NCBI GenBank assembly: GCA_964386095.1
Contig: CAYLQM010000001.1
Location: 4,372 to 68,371, forward strand
Direction: 5' to 3'
Length of the DNA: 64,000 nt
Source of the DNA: an uncultured Methanosarcinales archaeon
GTDB taxonomy: Archaea; Nanobdellota; Nanobdellia; Woesearchaeales; JASKKU01
Part shown: positions 7,770 through 17,140 of the stretch, one piece after another
Layout of the letters: each line of letters starts with the position of its first letter
Numbering within the stretch: the first letter of the stretch is position 1
Translations under genes and position numbers: made by a program
Notes under the pieces: model-generated
What the model was told of the DNA's origin: nothing
What the model saw: only the letters and a program-made list of their open reading frames with translations
Databases searched by the model: none

Positions 7770-10682
7770 TTAATGTTTGACTTCCTTTAACCTGTTGACG
7801 AGGAACCTGACAAGTTTGGGATTTAATAAGTTTCCTTTGTTTTGAATGATATCGTAAACCCAAAGTATAAATTTCTCATCAAATTTGTTGTATCCATCAA
7901 TTAATTCCATCATTTTTCGTTTTTGATCCGCGGTTGCATTGATTTTGTCAGTTACTGCAATGAATTCAAGCTTCATCATTTCCCTGTTTTCTTCTTCTTC
8001 AAACTCTTTTTGCTCTTCCAATTCTTTCCAGAATTTATCGTAGGAAAAGCTTTCTTTCAATGTTTCCGCATCAATATTTTTATTCTTATATCTCCTGGAT
8101 ATGTCTGCTAGAATCTTTTGGTGCAATTCTTTGAGAAACTTTAAACGATCCTCCATTCTGAATATGTCTGTTTTACCCTCAAGGACCATCTTTGTTGCGA
8201 AAGGGCTTGGGAACGGAAGATTAACTTGTTCAATCTTAACTTTTCCATCTCGGATGCTTTTGAATACCTTGATAGCATTTTCAATGTCCATTAGGTCTTC
8301 AAGCACTTCTCGTTTGGCTTCCTTCAAGATAGGAAATCCGTTGAAATTCTCCATAAGATATCTCAATAATCTTTGAGAAGAGAACTGTTGCCTTGAAACG
8401 CTCTTAGTGCGTCCTTTGTAATTTCTTAGAATCATTAATCCCCTAACAGCGCAATTTCTGAATCTTCTCTTTAGCACTTCAGTGTTTTCTATAGCTTTCT
8501 CCATAAGTTTTCTTATGTTCTGCAAAGCAAGCGATTCAAGAGGTTTGCCCAAGTTGAGCTTTCTTTCTGAAGAAATGTAAAAACCGTTGTCTGTAATCCC
8601 TATGTTGAGCTTGGTTTTATTTTTTACATAGAGATAAAATGCGACTGCTCTGGAAAGAACATCATTGACCCTTCTTCCGTACATTGTGTGAAATACGGCA
8701 AAATGTTGTTGTTCGTCATTGAATGTTTCAACTATGATTCTTTTGTCGTGCGGTATCTTTGAGAACATGAACTGTTCATACATGTAACTGTATGTTGCAA
8801 AAGCGGCATTTTCATCAACATAAAGGTAATCTTTTATGAATTTCAGAATCTCCTTCTTGTCCTTCTTTTGTTCAAACAATTCAGTGATATACCTTCGGAA
8901 CTTTGAGATATCTAAAGCAATATCAAAGCTTAAGGGAAGCATTTCAGATATCCATGATGGAATTGTGGGTGGCCTACCTATGCTTGTTTTGACTACAGCA
9001 GTATTTCCCCGACTATACCTGAACTCATATGTGCTTCCTCCAAGAACAAAAACATCGCCGGGCCTCAATCTTTCCAGGAAAGCTTCATCAAGGTAACCTA
9101 TAACCCTGTTTCCAAGTTTAACCCTTATTCGCGCTTCATCTGGAATTGTTCCCACATTCGTCATGAAGAGGACTCTGGACAACATTCCTCTTGCTTTTAG
9201 ACTATTGTCCTCAAACCTGACTGCTTTTGCATAAACATTTCTCTCTTCCAAAGACAAACTTTCTCCTGTTAAATATCCTATAACTGAATTAAAATCTTCT
9301 CTTTTTAGTTTGTGATAACTGAAAGAACCCCTTATGATTTCGTAAAGTTGGTCCTGTAGGATGCTTTCATTTATTAAAAACCCGTAAACCATCTGGCTTA
9401 AAACATCTAACGCATTTGTTGGAATATGAATCTTGTCAATTTTCTTTTCAATTGCGTCTTTTAGGATGATGGAACATTCAATCAAATCATCTCTATCTAA
9501 GGTGACAAGTCTTCCTTTGGTTACATTATGCAATTGATGGCCACTCCTTCCGCATCTTTGCAATGCACGGGAAACTGATTTGGGACTGGATAATAAAACA
9601 ACGATGTCAATATAACCAATATCTATTCCGAGTTCTAAAGATGTGGAAGAAACAACGCATTTTAACTTTCCTTTTCTTAATTTGTCTTCAACATTTAATC
9701 TGATTTCTTTAGATAATGAACTGTGATGTGCGGCTATGGTATTGTCATTGTAATTTTGTGGGAACATTGTTTTGAGAGTGTCCACGACCCTTTCGGTTGA
9801 AGCTCGCGTATTGGTGAAAATTAGAGTTGTCTTATGTTCTTGAATTATGTTGTGGAGCAAATTATATAAGGCAGTGTGTTGGGTATGGTAATCTGTGTAG
9901 ATATAATCTTTTACGGGGCTAATTACTTTTAAGTCGAGTTGTTTTATGAACTGCACATCAACAATCTTGCAATCCCTTGGATTTTTTCCCTTAAAACCAA
10001 CCAGGTATTTGGCAACCTCTTCAATAGGGGAAACCGTAGCGGATAATCCCACGCGCGTTATGGAATAGTTGTTTAGCCGGTCTAAAAATTCAAGCGCTAA
10101 AGAGAGCATTGTGCCTCTTTTGTTCTCAGCTAAAGCGTGAATTTCATCAATAATTGCCCAGTCTATATTGGTCAGTTTTTCTCTAAATTTTTTTGAACTT
10201 AAAACAATGGAGAGGGTTTCGGGGGTAGTAATTAAAATGTGGGGCGGTTTTTTTAACATTCGCGATTTTTCTGAAGCGGAAGTGTCTCCGGTTCTGGTGG
10301 CTATTCTGATTTTCTGAATTTTTTTTGAATGCTTCTCGAAGAGTCCTTCAATTTCGTTAAGCGGTTGCTTTAAATTAAACTCAATATCATAATTTAATGC
10401 TCTTAATGGACTCACATAGATTGCGTAAATTTTGTCTTCAAGTATCCCCTTGTCGGCAGAATCAACAAGTTCATTGATTATCGAAAGAAATGCTGTAAGG
10501 GTCTTGGTGGCACCGGTTGGTGCTGAAATCAGTATGTTGTTTCGGGAATGCACTTCTAAGATTCCATACCTCTGGGGAAGTGAGAACTCCTTGAATTTAG
10601 AAAAGAACCATTCCTTAACAACAGGATGCAACACCCGAAGGATGTCCTCTTTTTTATCAGGATGTTTCTTTAAAATAACCAT
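7770..10682 (-). CDS. lhr: Lhr-like large ATP-dependent DEAD/DEAH-box helicase
   Basis: 970 aa. Q/motif I region ISAPTGATKTL, motif II DEIHAL, motif VI QRCGRSGH. There is a ~450-aa Lhr-core-type C-terminal extension after the two RecA domains. Confidence 0.75.
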   Translation of the reverse strand: MVILKKHPDKKEDILRVLHPVVKEWFFSKFKEFSLPQRYGILEVHSRNNILISAPTGATKTLTAFLSIINELVDSADKGILEDKIYAIYVSPLRALNYDIEFNLKQPLNEIEGLFEKHSKKIQKIRIATRTGDTSASEKSRMLKKPPHILITTPETLSIVLSSKKFREKLTNIDWAIIDEIHALAENKRGTMLSLALEFLDRLNNYSITRVGLSATVSPIEEVAKYLVGFKGKNPRDCKIVDVQFIKQLDLKVISPVKDYIYTDYHTQHTALYNLLHNIIQEHKTTLIFTNTRASTERVVDTLKTMFPQNYNDNTIAAHHSSLSKEIRLNVEDKLRKGKLKCVVSSTSLELGIDIGYIDIVVLLSSPKSVSRALQRCGRSGHQLHNVTKGRLVTLDRDDLIECSIILKDAIEKKIDKIHIPTNALDVLSQMVYGFLINESILQDQLYEIIRGSFSYHKLKREDFNSVIGYLTGESLSLEERNVYAKAVRFEDNSLKARGMLSRVLFMTNVGTIPDEARIRVKLGNRVIGYLDEAFLERLRPGDVFVLGGSTYEFRYSRGNTAVVKTSIGRPPTIPSWISEMLPLSFDIALDISKFRRYITELFEQKKDKKEILKFIKDYLYVDENAAFATYSYMYEQFMFSKIPHDKRIIVETFNDEQQHFAVFHTMYGRRVNDVLSRAVAFYLYVKNKTKLNIGITDNGFYISSERKLNLGKPLESLALQNIRKLMEKAIENTEVLKRRFRNCAVRGLMILRNYKGRTKSVSRQQFSSQRLLRYLMENFNGFPILKEAKREVLEDLMDIENAIKVFKSIRDGKVKIEQVNLPFPSPFATKMVLEGKTDIFRMEDRLKFLKELHQKILADISRRYKNKNIDAETLKESFSYDKFWKELEEQKEFEEEENREMMKLEFIAVTDKINATADQKRKMMELIDGYNKFDEKFILWVYDIIQNKGNLLNPKLVRFLVNRLKEVKH

Positions 10683-10760
10683 ATTTTGGGAGAAATGTTA
10701 TCTTCTTTAAAAAATTAATCAAGTATGCATATTGAACAAAAGTTTGAATTAAAGTAAATT

Positions 10761-11576
10761 CTAAATTAAAGCGAGTGGTTCAATCTTCACAGAATTGGGA
10801 AGCTCGCCAAAATCACAATCTTTGCAAGCAGCATCTAAGGGTATGTAACCATCTTTGTTTTCATATCTGGAAGGATTTTTCAGTTTAATTTCTATGAAGA
10901 TGTGATTCTTTAAAAGCAGGTATCTTGATTCTATGCCTATGTGGGTGAACAAGGAAGCTAAAAGGACGCTTATGCCGTCGCAGTCTGCGGAACCTGATTT
11001 AAGCGTTATTTGAGGCGGTTCAATAAATTCTGTTTTTACTGGATCAGGAATGTATTGGATATTGTCCCTGACAAAAAAGTATATTGCCTTGGCATAACAT
11101 AATTCATTGTTGCCTTTTTTATACGGGCAGACCTGTGAAGCAATGTAATCGGCAATTGTTTTCAGTTCTGGTGAAATTCGCGTTCGATGTATTAATAGCT
11201 GTTCAACGATGCTTTGATTTGTTAACAACGGTTTAATGCTTAGATTGCTTAGGAATCCTTTGTCGTTGAGTTCTTTTAATGTAGGGATTTTCAGGGGTTT
11301 GTTTTCAGGTTCAAATATAGAATTTGGAATTATGAAAAAAACAATTATGGAAACAGCAATCAGAATCGCAATTAATCTAACAAAGAACCCTTTGTTTTCA
11401 TCAAGCGTTTGAGAGTTTTCGCTGTCTTCTGGAAAAATGGGCGTACTTTCTTCGTAGATTATAGAGGTATCTTTTGGTGCTCTGATTTGATTGTTCTTTT
11501 CATTCAATCCCCTTTCTTTTGAATCTTTCATTTTTGGATTTTTGACAAGGAATAGTGTATTCTCATAAGTCCACAA
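10761..11576 (-). CDS. Membrane-anchored transglutaminase-like cysteine protease domain protein
   Basis: N-terminal TM (LIAILIAVSIIVFFII). Transglutaminase-core signature GSADCDGISVLLASLFTHIGIESRY, with downstream His and Asp candidates. Confidence 0.6.
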   Translation of the reverse strand: MWTYENTLFLVKNPKMKDSKERGLNEKNNQIRAPKDTSIIYEESTPIFPEDSENSQTLDENKGFFVRLIAILIAVSIIVFFIIPNSIFEPENKPLKIPTLKELNDKGFLSNLSIKPLLTNQSIVEQLLIHRTRISPELKTIADYIASQVCPYKKGNNELCYAKAIYFFVRDNIQYIPDPVKTEFIEPPQITLKSGSADCDGISVLLASLFTHIGIESRYLLLKNHIFIEIKLKNPSRYENKDGYIPLDAACKDCDFGELPNSVKIEPLALI

Positions 11577-12042
11577 AAATCTTTGCAGAATATCCGTTGT
11601 TTTTTTTATTTATTGAAAAATCGTGAAGCGTTATGGCCTTAACTAAATTCAGGCCTTTCTTCTGATTTTGATTTTCACCATAAGCTTCTGCTCTTAGCAG
11701 GAATTTCCTCTTTTCGTTTTTTGTGATCTGCACTTTGACCTTTGAGAAAAACAGTTCATTTATCTCAGATTCGGAGATTAAGGTTGATAAAAAATCATAT
11801 AACAAACCTTCGACGCTTTCATTCTCAAGCCTTATTTTAATCTCTCTTTGTTTTTTTATCTCTTTGATTTTTGCAATTAGCGACAATAATGCAGTGGCGC
11901 AATTCTCAAAAAGTTCGTTAATTGTTTCTCCAAAGGCAACAAACCCTGCATCAGAAGGCAAGTCGTCAAGATATTTAAACTTTGGATTATCTTTTTTATG
12001 CGTGTCCAAATCCTCTTTTTTTGTTCTTTTGGATTTTATCAT
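11563..12042 (-). CDS. Archease (RtcB tRNA-ligase cofactor family)
   Basis: FKYLDDLPSDAGFVAFGETINELFENCATALLSL matches the archease N-terminal region (cf. eHTADiG...G.t.EElFe.aA). C-terminal KAITLHDFSI matches the conserved archease tail. The canonical HTAD is replaced by PSDA. Confidence 0.6.
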   Translation of the reverse strand: MIKSKRTKKEDLDTHKKDNPKFKYLDDLPSDAGFVAFGETINELFENCATALLSLIAKIKEIKKQREIKIRLENESVEGLLYDFLSTLISESEINELFFSKVKVQITKNEKRKFLLRAEAYGENQNQKKGLNLVKAITLHDFSINKKNNGYSAKIFVDL

Positions 12043-12193
12043 CTTTTATGTGGTCTTTTGTCTGAGTTTGATATTGTTTTGTTTGATATTGTTTTAATAG
12101 TGAATTTTATATTTCTTGTCATTTTTTATCTTTCCATTTCCAAAAAGTTTTTATATATCTTTTTTTTCGAATTAAATTATTTAACATTCGCGG

Positions 12194-13288
12194 ATGGTAA
12201 CTATGAAAAAAAAAGAAATTAATTTTTACAAACCCTTGGCGTTTGTTTTGCTAATATTGATACTTTTAGAGTTGCAGTTTAAGTTTAATATATTCTCGGA
12301 CTTGAATGGGATTAAAAGAATGTTCGGTTCTCCTGAATCAGATAAGGTAATGGTTCTTGTAAACAGCGAGAAGATTTATCAGAGCGAGTTTAACGCAACA
12401 TATAACAGCTTGAAAATTGGAAATCCTGCTGTTGCCAAATCTGACGTTTTGCAGTTGTTGATAGAACAGAAGGTTCTCGTTTCCAAGGCGAAGTCTTTAG
12501 GCATTACCGTTAATGATTCTGAAGTGAAACAGTATCTTGACCAATATATTCAACAGGTTGGTGGAGAGCAACAGTTTGATTTTACTCTGAAATCTTTGAA
12601 TTTAAGCAAAGAGATGTTCGAAAATATGTTAAGAGAGCAAATATATATTCAGAAGCTGTTTGAACAATATTACTTTAATCAGATAGATATTGATGATAAC
12701 GAAGTTAATGATTTTGTTGAGCAACAGTTCGGTTCGGCGGATGCAGTAAACGATTCCGTTAAGCAAACTCTTAAGGAAGCGTTGCTTGCGCAAAAGAGAA
12801 TTATCTTTATCCAGGAAAAAGTTGATGAGCTTGTAAAGGAAGCCGACATCAGGTTTTTGGCAGATTTTGAAGATTATTCCGGGATGATTCCGTCTGATGT
12901 TGATGACTCAATTGCAATAAATGATAATTCCATTAAAGATGATAGCACTTTAAAAACGGTTCAAATTGATGTGCCTGAAGATAATTTGAGCATGCAGGGG
13001 AATCGGCAACTCAATTCAGATTTAAAAGAATGCGTGAAAAAGCAATCTGAAGATGTGGATTTTTTCATTATTTGTGATGATTGCGATATGTTCAAATCGT
13101 TTTTTGCTGACAAAGATAGGAAGGCATATATAGGAACTCCGGATGATGAAACTATTTCGTTGATTAAAAATTGTCTGTCCTCGGTTTATCAGGGTTATAT
13201 TCCGGAAGTTATCTGTTTGAATAACGGCAAGTCTTTGACAGATGATTTTGATTCAAAGCTGGAATCATTTTTTGAGGATTGTGTTTAG
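12194..13288 (+). CDS. Secreted SurA-N-terminal-domain-like chaperone with an acidic, Cys-containing C-terminal region
   Basis: Signal/TM LAFVLLILILL. VNSEKIYQSEF...LLIEQKVLVSKAKSLGITVNDSEV resembles the SurA/PpiD N-terminal chaperone domain. No PPIase motif. Confidence 0.4.
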   Translation: MVTMKKKEINFYKPLAFVLLILILLELQFKFNIFSDLNGIKRMFGSPESDKVMVLVNSEKIYQSEFNATYNSLKIGNPAVAKSDVLQLLIEQKVLVSKAKSLGITVNDSEVKQYLDQYIQQVGGEQQFDFTLKSLNLSKEMFENMLREQIYIQKLFEQYYFNQIDIDDNEVNDFVEQQFGSADAVNDSVKQTLKEALLAQKRIIFIQEKVDELVKEADIRFLADFEDYSGMIPSDVDDSIAINDNSIKDDSTLKTVQIDVPEDNLSMQGNRQLNSDLKECVKKQSEDVDFFIICDDCDMFKSFFADKDRKAYIGTPDDETISLIKNCLSSVYQGYIPEVICLNNGKSLTDDFDSKLESFFEDCV

Positions 13289-13360
13289 GAAACTTTGAAG
13301 ATGTTAATTTTTTGATATTGGAATATGCTCCTTGATTTTCAATGAGGGGTCCATCTTAAA

Positions 13361-15496
13361 ATGGGTGATAAAATGATAGAAGGGAAGAAACCTAGGATTA
13401 GATATAAGTCCAAGATCTTAAGGGAAAAAGGGAATAAAAAAGAAGTTGATCCGAAAGAACATTCTTCACAGGACCAAGGAAAAAACAAAAAAGAAAAACC
13501 TGTGACAGCAGAGCATAGAAAGAGTGAAATGAATAAAGAGCGGAATAAAGAGCATAAAACAACTCATTCATATCATGAATCAAAGAAAGAACGCAAATCT
13601 GAAGATGCTGAACAGCAGATATCAAAATCTGAACGCAGAAAAAGTAAGAAAACTAAGAAAACCAAGTTGAATGTGTGGGCAATTGTCTCTTTAATAGAGT
13701 TATTAATCCTGATATTCTTATTGGTATATCATCCTGGCGCTGCAAACAGTAATTCCGCAGGCAATAGGTCCTTAACAGGAGGAATAATAGGAATGGACAA
13801 CAATGAGAATATAAATATTGGTGAGACAAATAATAATGAAAAAAAGGCCGCGGTGGACTTTTATGTGATGGCTTATTGTCCTTTTGGGAATCAAGCAGAA
13901 GAATTCATTTATGATGTTTACAAAAGCATGAAAGATGCCGTAACTTTTAACCCAAGGTATGTTATTTATACTGACTATGCGGGCGGCAGCGAGGATTTTT
14001 GCATTGAAGACCCGGCAGATGGAAAAACTTATTGTTCTATGCACGGCATTCAAGAACTGCATCAGGATATTAGAGAACTTTGCGTGGCCAAATACTTTGG
14101 TATGGATGAATGGTTCGAGTTTGCAATTGCGATGAATGATAAATGCAACTCAGGAAATGCGGATACTTGTTGGGAAGGGGTTGCGAAAGACCTGAGTCTT
14201 GATGTTGGAAAAATAAAAAGTTGTGAGCAGGAGGAAGGGCTTGATTTGGTGAAGGAACAGTATGAACTGGATCAGGAGCATCAGGTTAGCGGTTCGCCAA
14301 CAATCTTTGTTAACGACGAACTTTATACGGGTTCAAGAAGTGCTGCCAGCATGATGACGGTTTTATGCAATTTAGATTCATTAAAACATTCAGATGCTTG
14401 TGAGGATATCCCAGTTTGCACTTCAGATTCTGATTGTCCTACAAAGGAAGGAAAGATAGCAAAATGTGAAAACCCAGGCACAAAGGAAGCTAAGTGTGTT
14501 TATACTGACGATGCAAAGGTAGAATTGATAGTGATTAATGATGACGAATGTCCAATTTGCGAAACCTCTGGAGTTATGATGACTAATCGGAGATACTTTT
14601 TGAATTTAGAGGTTAGAGAGGTTGAAGCAGATACAGCTGAAGGCAAAGAACTTATAGAGAAATATGGCATTGAACATTTGCCGGCTTACATTTTCAGTGA
14701 TAGTGTTACAAAGACAAATGCTTGGCAGGCGCAAGGTGTATCAAGATTCTTCAGGCAGTCCAAAGATAAGTATCTTTTAACTGATAAAGCCATAGGTTCA
14801 ACTTGGCCAGCAGACCCACAAGAAAGGCAGCAGTATCTAGATTTATTACAGAATTATGCTCAGCGCAACTTGGAAGTCTTGAACTACGGCTCAGGTAAAC
14901 CTAGATTGGATTACTTTGTTATGTCTTTTTGCCCTTATGGCAACCCTGCTGAAGAAGCTGCGGAGAAGATTTATTCTTTGTTGGGCGACAAAGTAGAGAT
15001 TGTTCCACATTATATCCTGTCCACAGATGGAAGCAGTTTGTCTTCGCTTCACGGGGTCCAAGAGGCCAATCAGGATGTAAGGGAGCTTTGCGCATTAGAC
15101 CTGTTTGGATTGAGAAAATTCTTTGATTTCGTTTTACAAGTTAATAAAGACTGCAATTCTGGAAATGCGGATACTTGTTGGGAAGATGCAGCTAAGAACG
15201 CGGGGCTTAGAAATGATGAAATTTCCCAGATAAAGAACTGCTTTGATACGAGAAAGTTTGAGATTGCAAAACAAGAGGCTGATTTGAACAATGAGCTGTA
15301 TACATTGTATGGAGGGCAACTTGTGCATCCTTCAGCATCCCCAACATTTTTGATAAATGGCGAAACTTATTCAGGCAGCAGGGATGCAAATGAAATAAAG
15401 AAAGAATTGTGCGCTCTATTTAACGACAACGATAAACCAACTGAATGCAGCGAAACAATTGAGACAACAGCATCATCACCATCAGGCACCTGTTAG
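13361..15496 (+). CDS. Membrane-anchored protein with two tandem DsbA-like thioredoxin-fold domains (CPxG variant) and a long basic N-terminal tail
   Basis: ~110-aa Lys-rich N-terminus, one TM (VWAIVSLIELLILIFLLVY), then two ~270-aa repeats. Each repeat has YCP(F/Y)GN, DKCNSGNADTCWE and a DsbA-type cis-Pro loop (GSPTIFVND / ASPTFLINGE). Confidence 0.55.
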   Translation: MGDKMIEGKKPRIRYKSKILREKGNKKEVDPKEHSSQDQGKNKKEKPVTAEHRKSEMNKERNKEHKTTHSYHESKKERKSEDAEQQISKSERRKSKKTKKTKLNVWAIVSLIELLILIFLLVYHPGAANSNSAGNRSLTGGIIGMDNNENINIGETNNNEKKAAVDFYVMAYCPFGNQAEEFIYDVYKSMKDAVTFNPRYVIYTDYAGGSEDFCIEDPADGKTYCSMHGIQELHQDIRELCVAKYFGMDEWFEFAIAMNDKCNSGNADTCWEGVAKDLSLDVGKIKSCEQEEGLDLVKEQYELDQEHQVSGSPTIFVNDELYTGSRSAASMMTVLCNLDSLKHSDACEDIPVCTSDSDCPTKEGKIAKCENPGTKEAKCVYTDDAKVELIVINDDECPICETSGVMMTNRRYFLNLEVREVEADTAEGKELIEKYGIEHLPAYIFSDSVTKTNAWQAQGVSRFFRQSKDKYLLTDKAIGSTWPADPQERQQYLDLLQNYAQRNLEVLNYGSGKPRLDYFVMSFCPYGNPAEEAAEKIYSLLGDKVEIVPHYILSTDGSSLSSLHGVQEANQDVRELCALDLFGLRKFFDFVLQVNKDCNSGNADTCWEDAAKNAGLRNDEISQIKNCFDTRKFEIAKQEADLNNELYTLYGGQLVHPSASPTFLINGETYSGSRDANEIKKELCALFNDNDKPTECSETIETTASSPSGTC

Positions 15497-15703
15497 ATTT
15501 TTTATTTTTATTTTTTATAGTTTTGAATTGTTCTTGTCTTTTGTTTCATCTTTTGTTCATATTTTATTTGAATTTGATGTTGCATAATGTTTTGACCTAA
15601 TGTAATTAAAGCAATAATTAAAGCAATAGATTAAAAACATTTTCACTCAACAAAAACAAAAAATATATAAATTATTGATTCATTCCTTTACAGTGGTGAT
15701 ATT

Positions 15704-17023
15704 ATGAAACCATCTTTAGAAAAAAAAGTTGAATCCGAGTATGACTTTTCAAGCGAGGAAAACCGTTCGAAAAATATTCTTAAGAAAGCTTTGCTTTGTG
15801 GAGCCGCAGCAGTTGCTCTTTCATCGTGTGGTGTCCGTCCAAACAACACCGCATTCAACCTTTATAACTTTAAAGTTGCCCAGTCAGGCGAGACAAATGA
15901 CAATATCTTTGTCGGTGATTCAATTCTTAGTTTTGATTTATCTTCGCCTGATGCTACAGAGGTTTATCTGCAAATCTACGGGAATGGTGAATTAATCCTG
16001 AAAGACACACTTAAGGCTTCGAGCAATGAAAATGAGGTTTATGCCAAAATTGAGGAGTATTTAGACCTTAGGGTTCCTGATATGAACCTTTTCCCTTACC
16101 AAATTTCAATCATAGCTACAACGCCTCAAAACCCTTCCATAAGTCTGGATTTCTCAACTGAATTAACAACTCCCATGCCAGTTTTTGGCAGAAAGCTTCC
16201 TGAATTGGTAAGTCGTTTGGATGATTTGCTGAATGAATATGTTTCAACAAAAGAACCTGAAGAAAGCCATTATTATTACTTTGTTGATAAAAGTGATGTT
16301 GAAGACGGTTATTATTTAAAAGCGCTTCTTTATGAGTCGTCCGATCTTTTTTTAAGAATTAGTGATGGACGGGGCGGAATTTTAATTTTAGAAGACTTCT
16401 TCCAGAAGCATTCACCTGATGCAACAATGATGCTGTATTCGGTGTGTGACTATCATCCATTTTTGCATTATGCTACAGCTACAGTTTCCGAAGCTTTAAC
16501 TTTGGCAAACATTGAACACATTATACTTGATTCATCACCTGATTTAAATCTTGTTGCTGCACCACTTCCTGAGGAGATTTTTAAATCTGTTAAAGAAAGT
16601 GACGACCCGACAGTTCATCCGTTGTCATCAGCAAAGTATTTCTCAGTTGGAAATAATAACAATGAACTTATCCTCTCTGAAAACTATTTCAAGGGAGAAA
16701 CTTTAAGCAAGGAAGTTCTTGAAAGATACACCTTTTTCAAGAATCGCGATGATTTTTTTGCGTTTAGCAACGAAACAGGCAACTTGTTAGCAATAGCAGT
16801 GGATATGCCATCGCCAAACTTGAGCAATGCTTCAGTGTTTTTGAATTCTCCTTATTTTTTCATAGGCTCTGTGCCTTCTTCAGAATTTTATCAGTCGCAG
16901 GAACAGATTCAGTTAGATGATGGCTCAATACTCAACTCTGTTTTGGATTTGCCTGTGGATTATAAGAATAAAATAAAGAACGCGTTGGATGAAGCTGAAG
17001 AAGACTTGAAAAAACTATTTTGA
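15704..17023 (+). CDS. Hypothetical secreted/lipoprotein-like protein (439 aa)
   Basis: N-terminal hydrophobic segment ending in a lipobox-like LSSCG. No recognisable domain. Confidence 0.45.
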   Translation: MKPSLEKKVESEYDFSSEENRSKNILKKALLCGAAAVALSSCGVRPNNTAFNLYNFKVAQSGETNDNIFVGDSILSFDLSSPDATEVYLQIYGNGELILKDTLKASSNENEVYAKIEEYLDLRVPDMNLFPYQISIIATTPQNPSISLDFSTELTTPMPVFGRKLPELVSRLDDLLNEYVSTKEPEESHYYYFVDKSDVEDGYYLKALLYESSDLFLRISDGRGGILILEDFFQKHSPDATMMLYSVCDYHPFLHYATATVSEALTLANIEHIILDSSPDLNLVAAPLPEEIFKSVKESDDPTVHPLSSAKYFSVGNNNNELILSENYFKGETLSKEVLERYTFFKNRDDFFAFSNETGNLLAIAVDMPSPNLSNASVFLNSPYFFIGSVPSSEFYQSQEQIQLDDGSILNSVLDLPVDYKNKIKNALDEAEEDLKKLF

Positions 17024-17140
17024 TTTTAATTTTATTCTCTTTGTTACCCTTTTTTGTTTAATTTCTTGAATTTAACGTCTTGGAAAGATTTATAAAACCA
17101 ATCCATCTCCTCGTAATTTCTTCGCGTTTTTAATGGTGAA

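Noticed and set aside
15497-15703. Short tandem AATTAAAGCAAT x2 in the intergenic region as an ncRNA or repeat element
   Set aside because: Only two units sit in an AT-rich promoter region, and there is no structure-forming potential.
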